Translations under genes and position numbers: made by a program
Part shown: positions 13,040 to 26,608 of the stretch, one piece after another
Numbering within the stretch: position 1 is the first letter of the stretch
How the letters are laid out: each line of letters starts with the position of its first letter
Assembly: GCF_036365525.1 (NCBI RefSeq)
Contig: NC_090371.1
Span: forward strand, 275,543,929 to 275,607,928
Length of the DNA stretch: 64,000 nucleotides
Direction: 5' to 3'
DNA from: Heterodontus francisci
Taxonomy: Eukaryota
The notes under the pieces: model-generated
Seen by the model: the letters and a program-made list of their open reading frames with translations, nothing else
Database searches by the model: none
Told to the model about the DNA's origin: nothing

Positions 13040-14235
13040 TTCTAAGAGGAACACAAATAACTTGGAGAACGGTAAGGCAAGGTGCCACATAAAAGGTTAT
13101 TGTGCAAAGTAGGAGCTCTTGGTGTAGAGGGTGACATATTAACATGAATAGAAGATTGGCTGGCTGGCAGAAAACAGAGTGCATAAATGGGTCCTTTTCT
13201 GATTGGCAGGATGTGACGAGTGGAGTCCCGTAGGGGTCTGTGCTGGGGCCTCAACTTTTTACAATTTCTATCAATGATTTAGATGAGGGGAGCGATGGCA
13301 TGGTAGCTAAATTTGCAGATGACACAAAGATAGATAGGAAAGTATGTTCTGAAGAGGACATAAGGAGCTTGCAGACCAATATAGATAGGTTGAGTGAGTG
13401 GGCAAAAAGCTGGCAGGTGGAGTATAATGTGGGAAAATGTAAAGTTGATCACTTTGGCAGGAAGAATAAAAAAGCAGAGTATTACTTAAACTGAGAATGA
13501 CTGCAGAATTCCGAGGTGCAGAGGGATCTAGATGTTCTAGTGCATGAGTAACAAAAAGTTAGTATGCAGGTACAGCAATTAATAAAGAAGGAAAATGGAA
13601 TGCTATCCTTTATTAGGAGAGGAATTGAAAATAAAAGTAAGGATGTTATGCTTCAGTTATACAAGTCATTAGTGAGACCACATCTTGAATACTGTGTGCA
13701 GTTTTGGTCTTATTTAAGGAAGGATGTAAATGCGTTGGAGGCGGTTCAGAGAAGGTTTACTAGGTTGATACCTGGAATTGAGCGGGTTGTCTTATGAGGA
13801 AAGGTTGGACAGATTGGGCTTGTTTTCACTGGAGTTTAGAATAGTGAGGGGAGACTTGATTGAAGTATGTAAGATCATGAACGGTCCTGACAAGGTGGAT
13901 GTGGAAAGGATGTTTCCTCTTGTGGGTGAGTCCAGAACTAGGGGACAATATTTTTAAATTAGGGTCACCCTTTTAGGACAGAGATGAGGAGAACATTTTT
14001 CTCTGAGGGTTGTGCGACTTTGGAACTCTATGCCTGAGAAGGTGGTGGATGCAGGATCATTGAACAATTTTAAGGCGGGGGTAGATAGATTCTTGTAAGT
14101 TAAGGGAATCAAAGGTTATCGGGGTAGATGGGAGTATGGAATTCCAGACACAGACAGAGCAGCCATGATCTTATTGAATGGTGGAGCAGGCTAGAGGGGC
14201 CGAATGGCCTACTTCTGCTCCTAATTCGTATGGGC
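13040..14235 (+). mobile_element. 5'-truncated CR1 LINE
   Basis: LGPQLFTISINDLD..KFADDTK, LVRPHLEYCVQFW; tail GGGCCGAATGGCCTACTTCTGCTCCTAATTCGTATG. Confidence 0.9.
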
Positions 14236-14299
14236 GTAAGGCTGCAGGAGATTAAAAATAGGGATGGGCAAGGCCATGAAGGGATTTGAAAACAAGGAT

Positions 14300-14979
14300 G
14301 GCAACTGTCTGAGGCTGAACCAGATGGTTCGCAATCTTGATGTCATATTTAACATCAAGATGAACTTCCAACCACATGCTGGCACCATCGCTAAAACCAT
14401 CTATTTCCACCTCCGTAGCAATGCCTGACTCCACCCCTGCCTCAACACATTTTCTGCAGAAACCCTCATCTGTTCTTTTGTTACCTTATAGAATTGACAT
14501 TCCAGAACGCTCCTAGCCAGCCTCCCACATTTTACCCTCCATACACTTGAAGTCATCCAAATCTCTGCACTGTCCTGTTCACCCATCACCTTTCTGCTCA
14601 TAGGCTTCCATTGGCTTCAAGTTAAGCAGCACCTCAATTTTAAAATTCTCATCCTTGTTTTCAAATTCTTTCATGGTCTTGCCCATTCCTATCTCTCTAA
14701 TCTCCTGCAGCCTTTCCACCCTCCTCCCCTATGCTCCCCTAATTATCGCCTCTTGAGTATCCTTGATTTTAATTGCCCCACCATTGGCAGCTGTGCCGTC
14801 AGCTGCTAAGTCCTTAAGTTCTGGAATACCCTCCCTACACCTCTGTGCCTCGCTTTTCTCCTTTAAGACACACGTTTTAACCTACCTGTTTGGCCAAGCT
14901 GTCCTAATATCTCCCTATGTGGCTTGGCACATTTCACTAAGTTAAAGGAGCTATATAAGTACCAGTTGTTGTTGTTGTT
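14300..14979 (+). mobile_element. L2-clade LINE 3' fragment
   Basis: FKILILVFKSLHG-type C-terminal coding relic and (TTG)n tail. Confidence 0.75.
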
Positions 14980-15044
14980 GAAGCCAACTGATTTGCTATA
15001 GTTTCAGAAAATATATGTTAATTCAGTGTATACTCCTTGCGTAG

Positions 15045-15197
15045 GAAGTTGAAACACCCAAGGTCGCTACTGGCTCCAAATCCAGTTCTGCAAAGCAGGA
15101 GTCCAAAGTGTCCTCGTCTCTGTCATCGGGCAACAATGGGAAGTCCAGTTCCAGTGAGAAAACCAAGAAGGAAACTGAGAAAAGACCAGCTGAAAAG
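15045..15197 (+). CDS. INTS12: INTS12 coding exon 2 (51 codons)
   Basis: EVETPKVA...KQESKVSSSLSSGNNGK...KKETEKRPAEK; canonical AG/GT, phase 0-0. Confidence 0.93.
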
Positions 15198-16119
15198 GTA
15201 CAAAGTTTCTAGCTAAATTAGCTCTGTAACTGCAAATCGATCTTTACATACAGAAACCATTTACTGTACAAGAGGGAGTTAAGATTATTAACAATGAGTT
15301 GTAAATAATCATGATTTGGAATAATTTAACTGAAATCTCATTGAGCATATGTGAACAACAAAATGTGCAGCTTGTCCTGAAGAAAATTGTTATCTTAAAG
15401 TACTTCAAAGGCAACAAGATTAGTTTGTTTGTTTATCATATCTTCACACTCTTTACCTTGGAGAACAGCGTGGTGTTATGGCCAAGTGATGAGGGGTGTG
15501 TGTGGTTCCCACAGTTCAACTCCAAACTGACAGCAGCAAGTGTTTTTTTTTTTGTTACTAGGGTTTTAATCCCTTTCGTTTTATTTGTCAAATAAACAGA
15601 CAATGACAGGTTTTCTTGTAGGGTTAAAAGTGAGCAATATCCATCCCCGAAATGGTTACAACCGTACCCACACACGCATTCACTCGCGTGCGCACACGCA
15701 CAAGAGATAGAGAGGAAAAGGAGTAAGTGATTTGAAGTGAGGTAGGTTTTCGGGGTTCACAGTAAACCTATTGAATCTTCTCAGAAGTCAATTTCTTTTT
15801 TTAAAATTGCAGGCCTGGGTTTTGTAGATTTCTCTCATAGCTGAGTCTACAATCTAGAGATGGGAGATCACTTTCAGTTCTCTGCTGCACAAGTTGAAGT
15901 GTTGATCTCTCGCTCACACACACAGGCAGGAGTGCTACCAACTGGGCCACAACACCCCTGAACAAGATCAGTGGTATTGGGATTTGATCTTAAATTGCCT
16001 GCATTGTGTTTTGTCCTAAAACAAGGAATATAAATATTTAAGATACTGCTGTTTGTCTTACATTAATTTATAATGATTGTCTGATAAGTTAACCCTCTGG
16101 ATGTTTTCAATTTTGAAAG

Positions 16120-16301
16120 GTTAAACTAGACCCCTTGGAGGGAGTCGACCCCCAAAAAAAAGCCAGGCTGGAGAAAGCAGAGAATCGATCTTCTCCCATC
16201 ACTGTTCAATCTAGCAAGGAGGTGCAGATGCCCGACCTACCAGGCTTCGAGAGCGCAGAGGATTTTGCCATGGAAATGGGACTGGCCTGTGTCGTATGTC
16301 G
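16120..16301 (+). CDS. INTS12: INTS12 coding exon 3
   Basis: [19 protein letters not shown]...[10 protein letters not shown]...[16 protein letters not shown](R); 182 nt, phase 0-2, canonical splice sites. Confidence 0.95.
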
Positions 16302-18031
16302 GTACGAGAGATTAGTATTTTTTACAGATTGATCACCGAGAGCTTTGCACACAGAGAGCTGAGACCAATTGTAGTGTTCAGGTGATGTAGAGTTTGGCAT
16401 GGTGGTGAAGGGAATTAATTGGACTAGAGCACACACAGGTGATTCATTCCTCATTTTAAAGTCGTACATTCTGTCCTTGCTCTTAATCTTTCCACCAATA
16501 TATTCAAGGTGGAGTTAGAATTTTGATTTACAAGGCAGTCGAGGGTTATGGGAGGCAGGCAGGAAAGTGGAGTTGAGGTCACGATCAGATCAATCAAGAC
16601 CTTATTGAATGGCAGAGCAGGATCGAGGGGTCAAATGGCCTACTCCTGCTCCTATTTCTTATGTTCTTATAAATTCTAATGTCCACATTTGTCATGAAAG
16701 CTGGCTAAGTAAATGTATCACGCTCTAAATGCACCCACTTTCCATTCGATAATGCCGCTGTTTCTGTATTAATCTTCTATGTATGGGACCGGAGGTAAAA
16801 GCTTTGGAATTATTCAAGAGGCAAGTTTATTTTGTCGTGCAGGAATCCTACATTACTACAGAAGGATAAACAGGGTGTCCAGAATGCCTCCCTCATCTCT
16901 GCTTAATCTTTGCGATATCAAGTGCAGACCACGTCCATCCTAACTGCATGGGCTCCTGAGTTGCTCTGTGTATAGAGTCTGTATAGGATAGTTTTGACTT
17001 TTCTTTCAGAAGTAAGTGAAAGGGGCAAGAAAAAAATTGTTAGGCTGTTGAGAATGTAAAATGCTTGGTAAATGAAGCCAAAAGTACAGTTACAGGATAG
17101 CCTTTGTGTTCTAGTGGCCAAAAGGATATAAAGTTCAAATAATAAAGGATGATAATTTGTATTGTATGTTGTGCATGTGTGCATATGTGCGTATTTAAAT
17201 CAATAATGTATACCATTCATATGACTTTAAACAACTGAGAGTACATTTCATAGTTAATTGTAAAGTAACCTTATGACAAGGTCTAGTTTCAAAATCTTCC
17301 CAAACAAATCTTTGAAAGTCATTTTGGAAATTTTAAGTGGCTGGTGGCGATAAAGAGAGCTACAGAAGAATGAAAATTGAAAAATGTTCAGTAGTGCAAG
17401 CCACCAGTGGGAGAGTGTTGGGTGGGGCAGTCCATTTTTACCATTTTCATTGTTCAAACTTGTTTTCTGTCTATGCTGGCTGTAACAGATATGGGTAAAA
17501 CATGATTGGACAGCTGCAGCACTACATTCACAACACAAATCATCAATTGGCGGCCTCAACAAAGCCATAGGATAGATAATTTATCCCATCTTGATATGCA
17601 GAATGTCAAAAAGATCCAGGATTAAATTTCATATTGCACTATGTCTTCAAATGGCCATTCTTGCCTTTATCTATGCCCTTCAATTAAAACATAGTCCCTG
17701 GCACTTCCCGCATTTACTGTCTTTCACAGTTACGCTGCTGAAATAGAAATCCCAGGAATTTATGAATCCAATCTGTCGTCCAGTGTTCCACCTCATTCTG
17801 CCTCTGGAAATGACTTACTCTTTTAATGATCTCACTGAAGAATTAGTGACTGGGATGTAATGACTGCAAGTTTATTAGTGACATTCTACTGTTATTGGGG
17901 AATAATCTGTACATTCATAGTACTGAAGTGTCTATATATATACAGAGCATGCTTTCATAGAATAAGATAGTCTATTGAGTTTTTAATGGCACTAGCGATT
18001 ACTGGTTAACTGTTTACCACTTTGCTTATAG

Positions 18032-18191
18032 CCAGATGACTGTTACATCAGGTAATCAGCTGGTAGAATGTCAAGAATGTCACAACCTTTACCACCAAGA
18101 CTGCCATAAACCCCAAGTGACAGACAAGGATGTGAACGACCCACGGCTGGTATGGTATTGTGCCCGCTGTACAAGGCAGATGAAGAAAATG
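18032..18191 (+). CDS. INTS12: INTS12 coding exon 4 (PHD finger)
   Basis: [53 protein letters not shown]; 160 nt restores the frame with the previous exon; ATAG| acceptor, G|GTAAGA donor. Confidence 0.96.
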
Positions 18192-18510
18192 GTAAGAGTT
18201 TCTTTTCCAGTCGGCCCATGTAACTGTACCAAAGTGCTCGATGATGATTTCAGCAGGTGTACGTATCACTTTAGACAGTAAAGTTGAACATGACTGACTG
18301 GCTAGGCTATGGTGATGATTGGCTAGAGAATGGTAGGTTGAGCAAAATAAACAGTTGCCCAGTATTCCAGGATAGTGTGACAGTGTAACCTAGAAAAGTT
18401 GTAAAATTCTTCAATGGTTGAAGTTAAACTAAGGAATAGTTACACTCACGTTGGCAAACTAACTTCTCAGTTAAACATGTTCATCACAGAATGTCTTCTA
18501 TTATATTTAG

Positions 18511-18660
18511 GCACAGAAGACACAAAAGGCTGCTCCAAAAGCTTCCAATTCGGTTGCTAACACTGCTCCATCAGTAAAGGATCCCTTGGTGAAGAAGCCC
18601 GAAATGAAACTTAAACAAGAAATTACCACGTTTCAGGCATTCAAGAGAACCGAAGTGAAG
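18511..18660 (+). CDS. INTS12: INTS12 coding exon 5 (50 codons)
   Basis: [10 protein letters not shown]...[29 protein letters not shown]; TTTAG| acceptor, AAG|GTACAG donor. Confidence 0.95.
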
Positions 18661-18827
18661 GTACAGTAACCACCTCTTGTACAAGTTATCTTTGCTGATG
18701 AAGGTGTGCAGCTAAAAATGTTGCCCTGTGAATTCCTGCATAAGCTTAAATCCTGTTTCCTGTCCCTTTTGGAAGCAGCTGTCATGTCCTAAGGAGATGG
18801 ATTAGGTGAATCTACCAATACAGTCTA

Positions 18828-20215
18828 TTAGAGTCATAGAGTCGGACAGCATAGAAACAGGCCCTTCGGCCCACTGCGTCCATGCAGACCATAATGCCTA
18901 TCTATACTAATCCCACATGCCTGCATTAATTCCATATCCCTCTGCCTTGCTCATTCAAGTACCTGTCCAGATGCCTCTTAAATGTTGCTACTGTTCCTGC
19001 GTCCGCCACCTCCTCTGGCAGCTCATTCCAGATGTGTGAAAAATTTACCCCTTTGATCCCCTTTCAACCTCCTTCCTCTCACCTTAAATCTATACCCTTT
19101 AGTTTTAGACACCCCTACCATGGGAAACAGACTCTGTCTATCTACCCTATCTATGCCTCTCATAATTTTATATACCTCTATCATGTCCCCTCTCAGCCTC
19201 CTTTGCTCCAGGGAAAATAGACCCAGACTATCCAATCTCTCTTTATGACTCAAGCCCTCCAAACCAGGCAACATCCTGGTGAATCTTTTCTGCACCCTCT
19301 TTAGCTTAATCACATCTTTCCTGTAGTGCGGCAACCAGAACTGCACACAGTACTCCAAGTGCGGCCTAACCAATGTTATGTACAACTGCAACATGACGTC
19401 CCAACTCCTGTACTCAACGCCTCGGCCAATGAAGGCAAGCATGCCATACGCCTTCTTCACCAACCTGTCCACCTGTGTTGCCACTTTCAGGGAACTATGT
19501 ACTTGCACCCCAAAGTCTGTCTGCTCAACAACACTCCCCAGGGCCCTGCCATTCACTGAATATGTCCTGCCCTGGTTTGACTTTCCAAAATGCATCACTT
19601 CACACTTGTCTACGTTAAATTCCATTTGCCACTCCCTTGCCCACTTTCCCAGTTGATCTATATCCTGTTGTAACCTTAGACAACCTTCTTCACTGTCCAC
19701 TATCCCACCAATTTTGGTGCCGTCTGCAAACTTACTAATCATACCCCCTACATTCTCATCCAAGTCATTAATATATATGACAAACAACAGAGGGCCCAGT
19801 GCTGATCCCTGCGGCACACCACTGGTCACCGGCCTCCAATCTGTAAAACAACCCTCCGTTATCACCCTCTGCATCCTATCACCAAGCCAATTTTGTACCC
19901 AATTAGCTAGCTGACCCTGGATCCCATGTGTTCGAACCTTCTGGACCAACCTACCATGTGGGACCTTGTCAAAGGCCTTGCTAAAGTCCATGTAGACATG
20001 TCCACCGCCCTGCCCTTGTCAATCCTCTTGGTCACCTCCTCAAAAAACTCAATCAAATTCGTGAGACATGATTTCCCACGCACAAAGCCATGCTGACTAT
20101 CCCTAATCAGACCTTGCCTTTCCAAATGCATATAAATCCTGTCTCTCAGAATCCCTTCCAATAACTTACCCACCACTGATGTAAGTCTCACGGGCCTGTA
20201 GTTCCCTGGCTTCCC
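18828..20215 (-). mobile_element. Young 5'-truncated CR1 (HER1-like) LINE
   Basis: 322-aa ORF with DFSKAFDKVPH, GVPQGS, KFADGTK, LEYCVQFW; tail GGGCCGAAGGGCCTGTTTCTATGCTGT. Confidence 0.95.
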
Positions 20216-20638
20216 TTTTACTCTTTATACTTGTAGAATTCTTAATTTAAATTATTCTTAATTTAAATTATCAGATAATGAAATTTTTTTTCTTTTTAAG
20301 CCAAAGAACGTGACTTTTGAGTTATCAGGAGCTGACAGTAAAATACAAATAGTTTGTACAGGTCAATCTTCCAAGGAATCTCAGACAAGAATAAGTTTCA
20401 GCTGAAGCAGGGCTAAGGGAACCAGTTGTGTTAAGGAACATCTATGAAGTTATTCCTACAGTCTAGTTCGCAGTTGTATAAATTCTTGCAGCTTAGAAGG
20501 GCGATTTAAAAAAACAACTCCAAGGATGTTATAGAACTTTATTCAGCAAGAAATCAGTCCTTTGTGGCCAAAATCAAAAGATACTCCATTAGGTATTATT
20601 CAGAAAAGCCAAAAGCTCTGATTCTTAAACTTCATTCA

Positions 20639-23058
20639 TTGGATGGGGCAGAATTTGTGAGGAGCATCCAGGAGGGCTTCTTGAAACAGTATGTAGATAG
20701 TCCAACTAGGGATGGGGCCATTCTGGACCTGGTATTGGGGAATGAGCCCGGCCAGGTGGTCGAAGTTTCAGTGGGGGAGCATTTCAGGAGCAGTGACCAT
20801 AATTCCATAAGTTTTAAGGTACTTGTGGATAAGGATAAGAGTAGTCCTCGGGTGAAGGTGCTAAATTGGGGGAAGGCTAATTATAACAATATTAGGCAGG
20901 AACTGAAGAATTTAGATTGGGGGTGGCTGTTTGAGGGTAAATCAACATCTGACATGTGGGAGTCTTTCAAACGTCAGCTGATTAGAATCCAGGACCAGCA
21001 TGTTCCTGTGAGGAAGAAAGACAAGTTTGGCAAGTTTCGGGAAGCTTGGATAACACGGGATATTGTGAGCCTAGTCAAAAAGAAAAAGGAAGCATTTGTA
21101 AGGGCTGGAAGGCTAGGAACAGACGAAGCACTTGAGGAATATAAAGACAGTAGGAAGGAACTTAAGCAAGGAGTTAGGAGGGCTAAAAGGGGTCATGAAA
21201 AGTCATTGGCAAACAGGATTAAGGAAAATCCCAAGGCTTTTTATACATATATAAAGAGCAAGAGGGTAACCAGGGAAAGTGTTGGCCCACTCAAGGACAG
21301 AGAAGGGAATCTATGTGTGGAGCCAGAGGAAATGGGTGGGGTGCTAAATGAGTACTTTGCATCAGTATTCACCAAAGAGAAGGACTTGGTGGATGATGAG
21401 CTGAGGAAAGGTCGTGCAGATAGTTTCAGTCATCTCATTATCAAAAATGAGGAGGTGTTGGGTGTCTTGCAAAGCATTAAGGTAGATAAGTCCCCAGGGC
21501 CTGATGGGATCTACCCTAGAATACTGAGGGAGGCAAGGGAAGAAATTGCTGGGGCCTTGACAGAAATCTTTGCATCCTCATTGGCTACAGGTGAGGTCCC
21601 AGAGGACTGGAGAATAGCCAGTGTTGTTCCTTTTGTTTAAGAAGGGTGGCAAGTATAATCCAGGACATTATAGGCCGGTGAGCCTTACGTCAGTGGTAGG
21701 GAAACTATTAGAGAGGATTATTCAGGACAGGATTTACTCCCATTTGGAAACAAACAAACTTATTAGCGAGAGACAGCATGGTTTTGTGAAGGGGAGGTCG
21801 TGTCTTATTAATTTGATTGAGTTTTTTGAGGAAGTGACGAAGATGATTGATGAAGGAAGGGCAGTGGATGTTATCTATATGGACTTCAGTAAAGCCTTTG
21901 ACAAGGTCCCGCATGGCAGACTGGTACAAAAGTTGAAGTCACACGGGATCAGAGGTGAGCTGGCAAGATGGATACAGAACTGGCTCGGTCATAGAAGACA
22001 GAGGGTATCAGTGGATGGGTGTTTTTCTGAATGGAGGGATGTGACTAGTGGTGTTCCGCAGGGATCAGTGCTGGGACCTTTGCTGTTTGTAGTATACATA
22101 AATGATTTGGAGGAAAATGTAGCTGGTCTGATTAGTAAGTTTGCGGACGACACAAAGGTTGGTGGAATTGCGGATAATGATGAGGATTGTCAGAGGATAC
22201 AGCAGGATATAGATCGGTTGGAGACTTCGGCAGAGAAATGGCAGATGGAGTTTAATCCGGACAAATGTGAGGTAATGCATTTTGGTAGGTCTAATGCAGG
22301 TGAGAGGTATGCAGTAAATGGCAGAACCCTTAGGAGTATTGACAGGCAGAGAGATCTGGGCGTACAGGTCCACAGGTCACTGAAAGTGGCAACGCATGTG
22401 AATAAGGTAGTCAAGAAGGCATACGGCATGCTTGCCTTCATCGGTTGGGGCATAGAGTATAAAAATTGGCAAGTCATGTTGCAGCTGTACAGAACCTTAG
22501 TTTGGTCAGACTTAGAATATTGCGTGCAATTCTGGTCGCCACACTACCTGAAGGACGTGGAGGCTTTGGAGAGGGTACAGAGGAGGTTTACCAGGATGTT
22601 GCCTGGTCTGGAGGGCATTAGCTATGAGGAGAGGTTGGAAAAACTCGGATTGTTTTCACTGGAACGACGGAGGTGGAGGGGCGACATGATAGAGGTTTAC
22701 AAAGTTATGAGCGGCATGGACAGAGTGGATAGTCAGAAGCTTTTTCCCAGGGTGGAAGAGTCAGTTATTAGGAGACATAGGTTTAAGGTGAGAGGGGCAA
22801 AGTTTAGAGGGGATGTGCGAGGCAAGTTTTTTTTTTTTACAGAGGGTGGTGAGTGCCTGGAACTTGCTGCCAGGGGAGGTGGTGGAAGCAGATACGATAG
22901 TGACGTTTAAGAGACACCTTGACAAATACATGAATAGGAAGGGGATAGAGGGATATGGGCTCTGGAAGTGCAGAAGGTGTTAGTTTAGGCAGGCATCAAG
23001 ACCTGCGCAGGCTTGGAGGGCCGAATGGCCTGTTCCTGTGCTGTACTGTTCTTTGTTC
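20639..23058 (+). mobile_element. Young CR1 LINE, near-intact ORF2 (end of APE domain plus RT)
   Basis: Two overlapping ORFs (358 and 429 aa) joined by a frameshift in a T-run at ~21630; PTRDGAILDLVL, SDHN, GVPQGSVLGP, FADD; tail GGGCCGAATGGCCTGTTCCTGTGCTGTACTGTTCTTTGTTC. Confidence 0.96.
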
Positions 23059-24719
23059 ATTCAACTGATCTAAAACTGATTTAGTATTTAATACTGTACA
23101 AATGTGATTGATTCATTTGAAGATGCTCCTCATTCTATTATACCTCATAAAACAGCTATCTATATAAAATGATGTAACTCGAGAGTCCCATTCTTCACAA
23201 TTGTAGCACTGTCCTGAAATTTCCCATGAGGGATGTGGTGGATGCTGTACCTGGGTATAGGCATAGCTGATGTTAAAATATGTTAGCTGGAGGAGAAGCT
23301 CCACCCTGTTCTCACCGGGTGATTCTGTCAGCATTACTGACAGAAACGATGCTTGATTATTTTGCTATGGTGCTCAAGCGAGTCTTCTGTGTATACCTAC
23401 TGGGAGAGTACTGAGTCTGAAAAAGCTGATATTTTAGAATTTGGAATAGATAAAGCTGTCCTACCAGATTTGGAAAGAGAAGGGTGGACCCTTGGAGAAT
23501 GGGTTCAGGTGGGGAGATGTTACAGTGTAAGGGTAAGTTTCCTGCCGTAGAGCTATCCAGGGCCCAGCTTCTGTCCTGAGATCGGGGAACATGAAGGAGC
23601 GATAATTCAGAGTGTGGGTTTGCTGAACTCCAGAAATGGAACAGAGCAGCAGTCTTTAATTATTTTTTGTTTGCATTGTTTCTTTCTTCTCACTGGTAGG
23701 TTAATTAGAAGGGGCGGGGGGGTGGGGTGGCAGGTGTTTTTTTTTTGCGATTCTTCGGAAATGTTTATCCCCGTTATGATGTTTTGTATGTTCTGGATGC
23801 CAGCTGATGATTCTAGAACCATGCAACACAGAAGGGGGTTATTCAATCCATCGTGTCTGCGTTGGCTCTTTGCTGGAGCAATCTAAAACCAACCTGCTGT
23901 CTCCATAACCCTGCATTTTCTGCTGGCTCCAGTATTTATTCACTTTTTTCCTTTTAAAGGCAGTTGAAAGTTTCTTATTGTGGGCTATGGTTTATTTGAG
24001 GTAAAAAAAAATCAATTGAAGAACCACTGAAAGAAAATCACAATTATAAAAGGTCAAACTAATAGGAAATGTTTTCCACCTTTTTATACAACATCAACAA
24101 TTTTAAAATCGGGATGTTCTACCTGTGGCTCTAGGCTCACTTGTGGCAGTGAGCCCTGTCAGTTGAGCCTTTGAAGCGCAGACTGATTTGTGTTTATTTC
24201 TTAATTGCTGCTTGTCCCATGTGAATTTTGTGGACCTGGAGGTTTGTTTCTAATGCAACTGTGTGATTAGTAGATAAATCCTAAACAAAACTCCAAGATC
24301 AGTTGATATCAACAGTTTAAGTTGAATGGAGACATGGATTTAATCTTTTTCTCTGGCCTTTAAAACTCTATGCTACGTACCTCGGAAAGATAAAAGCTTA
24401 AACTCCCCTGCTTTAAAGTAGTCAACTTCAGTTATTTGACATATCTCTGTTAAAGAAATAGTTTTAGGATTCTGATTTTCTGTTTTTCATGTATATTCAG
24501 TGTTCACTTCCGCTAACAGGTCTAGGCAGCTAAAATGATTTAGTTCTGTGTGTTTTTCCAAGATCACACTCCAAACATCTCAGTCACCAGCAGATAGCTT
24601 AATGCAACTTGACAAGCTAAAGTTAATAACATCTCTTCATGTTTTAGACTGTGAATTAAATGCTGTGTGTGGAGGAGGGTTAAAAATATTTGCTTAACAG
24701 GAGGTAATCGAGGACAAAG

Positions 24720-25210
24720 TCCCATTCATCCATCACCCCTGTGTTTGTTGACCTACATTGGTTTCTGCCCATCCCCCCCCCCCCCCCCACCCGCCAACTC
24801 CAAACAGTTCAATTTTAATATTCTTATCCTTGTTTTCAAATCCCTCCATAGCCTCACCCCTCCCTATCTCTGTAATCTTCTCCAGCCCCACAATTCTCCA
24901 ACTATTCTGTGTTCCTCCAATTCTGGCCTCTTGCACATCCCTGACTTCCTTTACTCCGCCATTGGCAGACTTGCCTTCAGCTGCCTTGGCCCTCAGCTCT
25001 GGAACTCCCTCTCTAAACTTCTCTACACCTCTCTCCTACTTTAAGACTCACCTTTAAAACCTGCCACTATGACCAAGATTTTGATCACGTGTTCTAATGT
25101 CTCCTCCTTTGGCTCATGTGTCAATTTTATCTTACTATGCTCCTGTGATGCGCCTTGGGCTGATTTACTACATTAAAGGTGCTATATAAATGGTAGTTGC
25201 TGTTGTTGTA
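24720..25210 (+). mobile_element. L2-clade LINE 3' fragment
   Basis: FNILILVFKSLHSLTPPYLCNLL...AFSCLGPQLWNSL; tail GGTGCTATATAAATGGTAGTTGCTGTTGTTG. Confidence 0.8.
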
Positions 25211-25352
25211 ACCAATTTAATGTAAAAGCCATGAGAAGAGTTGAGTGAAATTTAAGACGTTCTAATTATAAAGTGACAACTGCAGGTCTATGTATTTTCA
25301 TTCCACTCAATACTTTTTATAGGTTCAGGCAATTTTATTTTTTGTTTTGCAG

Positions 25353-25913
25353 ACATCCTCATCTGCTTCTGTGAATTCCTCCAATTCTAATACCTCCTCC
25401 TCTTCTGTTAGTGGTCTGACAGGATGGGCTGCCTTTGGAGCTAAAACATCTACTGCAGCACCATCCACAACTAAACTGGGATCATCTGTGCAAAGCACCA
25501 GTGGGAAGCCTACTGCATCTTCCACGAGTCAGAAAACAGTGGGTTTGTCTGGACTAGCAACTTCCAAAGCAGGGCTGGGGTCAAAATTGACCACAGGCAT
25601 TAACTCCGGCACTGGGCCCATAAAGCCGCCCCCTCCCCTAACTCTGGGGAAACCAGGCCTTAACCGATCATCCAGCAACGACAATGTTAGCAAAGTAGGA
25701 TTAACTGGGCCAGGCAGCAGTGGCAGCCAGTCCAACAGTGGGAATGGAGGGGGCACCTCTACTGGTACAGGTGGTAACAATGGTGCCAAAATGCCCACTG
25801 AAGTTGGAAATCCTTCTGTCAAGTTGCCTACATCTCAAGAGTCACAGCTTAATGCTATGAAACGGCTCCAGATGGTAAAGAAGAAAGCAGCACAGAAGAA
25901 ACTTAAAAAGTAA
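25353..25913 (+). CDS. INTS12: INTS12 last coding exon (Ser/Gly-rich C-terminus); full CDS is 452 aa
   Basis: [14 protein letters not shown]...[10 protein letters not shown]...[28 protein letters not shown]-stop, the conserved INTS12 C-terminus; TTTTGCAG| acceptor. Confidence 0.96.
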   Translation, partial: TSSSASVNSSNSNTSSSSVSGLTGWAAFGAKTSTAAPSTTKLGSSVQSTSGKPTASSTSQKTVGLSGLATSKAGLGSKLTTGINSGTGPIKPPPPLTLGKPGLNRSSSNDNVSKVGLTGPGSSGSQSNSGNGGGTSTGTGGNNGAKMPTEVGNPSVKLPTSQESQLNAMKRLQMVKKKAAQKKLKK

Positions 25914-26608
25914 ATGTTAATATGTCCAAACAGATGTGGTTCTCTGTTGTCTTTGTGTTTCTGTACAGAAAAGCAGGCGCATCATCATTGCCAAGGAGAC
26001 CAACAGATTTGCGCCCTTGGATTTGCCCTTGTACATGGAAATGTCTCTTCCAGGCTTTCTTCCCAAAATTTTTTTGTGAAGGGTGATAAGAGCACCATTC
26101 TCTCCTGCCACTAAAGACTTCATGAAATGTACCTAGCATTTGTTGTTGAGGGAGGGTCTTTATTGTTCTGAGTGGGTTCAACCTGTAAGCTGCAGAACTA
26201 AGGCATTTAAGCACAGAGGCTTTGGCACATGGGAATCCAGAGATCATGCTAACACACAGCAGAGAACTCAAAGCAATTTTATAAATTGACATTTTTAACA
26301 AAATTAACGTCCCACCAGCCTTTCTTAGATTAAAAAAGTATTTTTTAAACAGATTACTGATGATTCAGGCTCTGTTCCAAATTTCAAATTATTCTGACGC
26401 AGGCCTGGCTGATTTGAGACCCAGCATGCAGTGATCTTGGTTGTTAAAGTAACACTGAGTCTACATGTAGGGACAACGTCCTCCTGTGTGCTCCACCATT
26501 TTGCAAACTCATTCTTTGGTTTTTCTTCAGATAGCATACAGAGGAAACCTTCCCCTGAAATGTTTAGCAAAAGTTCTCAACAGGCCAAATAAGTTTTACA
26601 CTTCTCAA

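Noticed and set aside
20564-22910. Two long RT ORFs as a host gene or prokaryotic RT system
   Set aside because: Standard CR1 ORF2 with CR1 3' tail, 5'-truncated, inside an intron; the N-terminal residues are flanking sequence.
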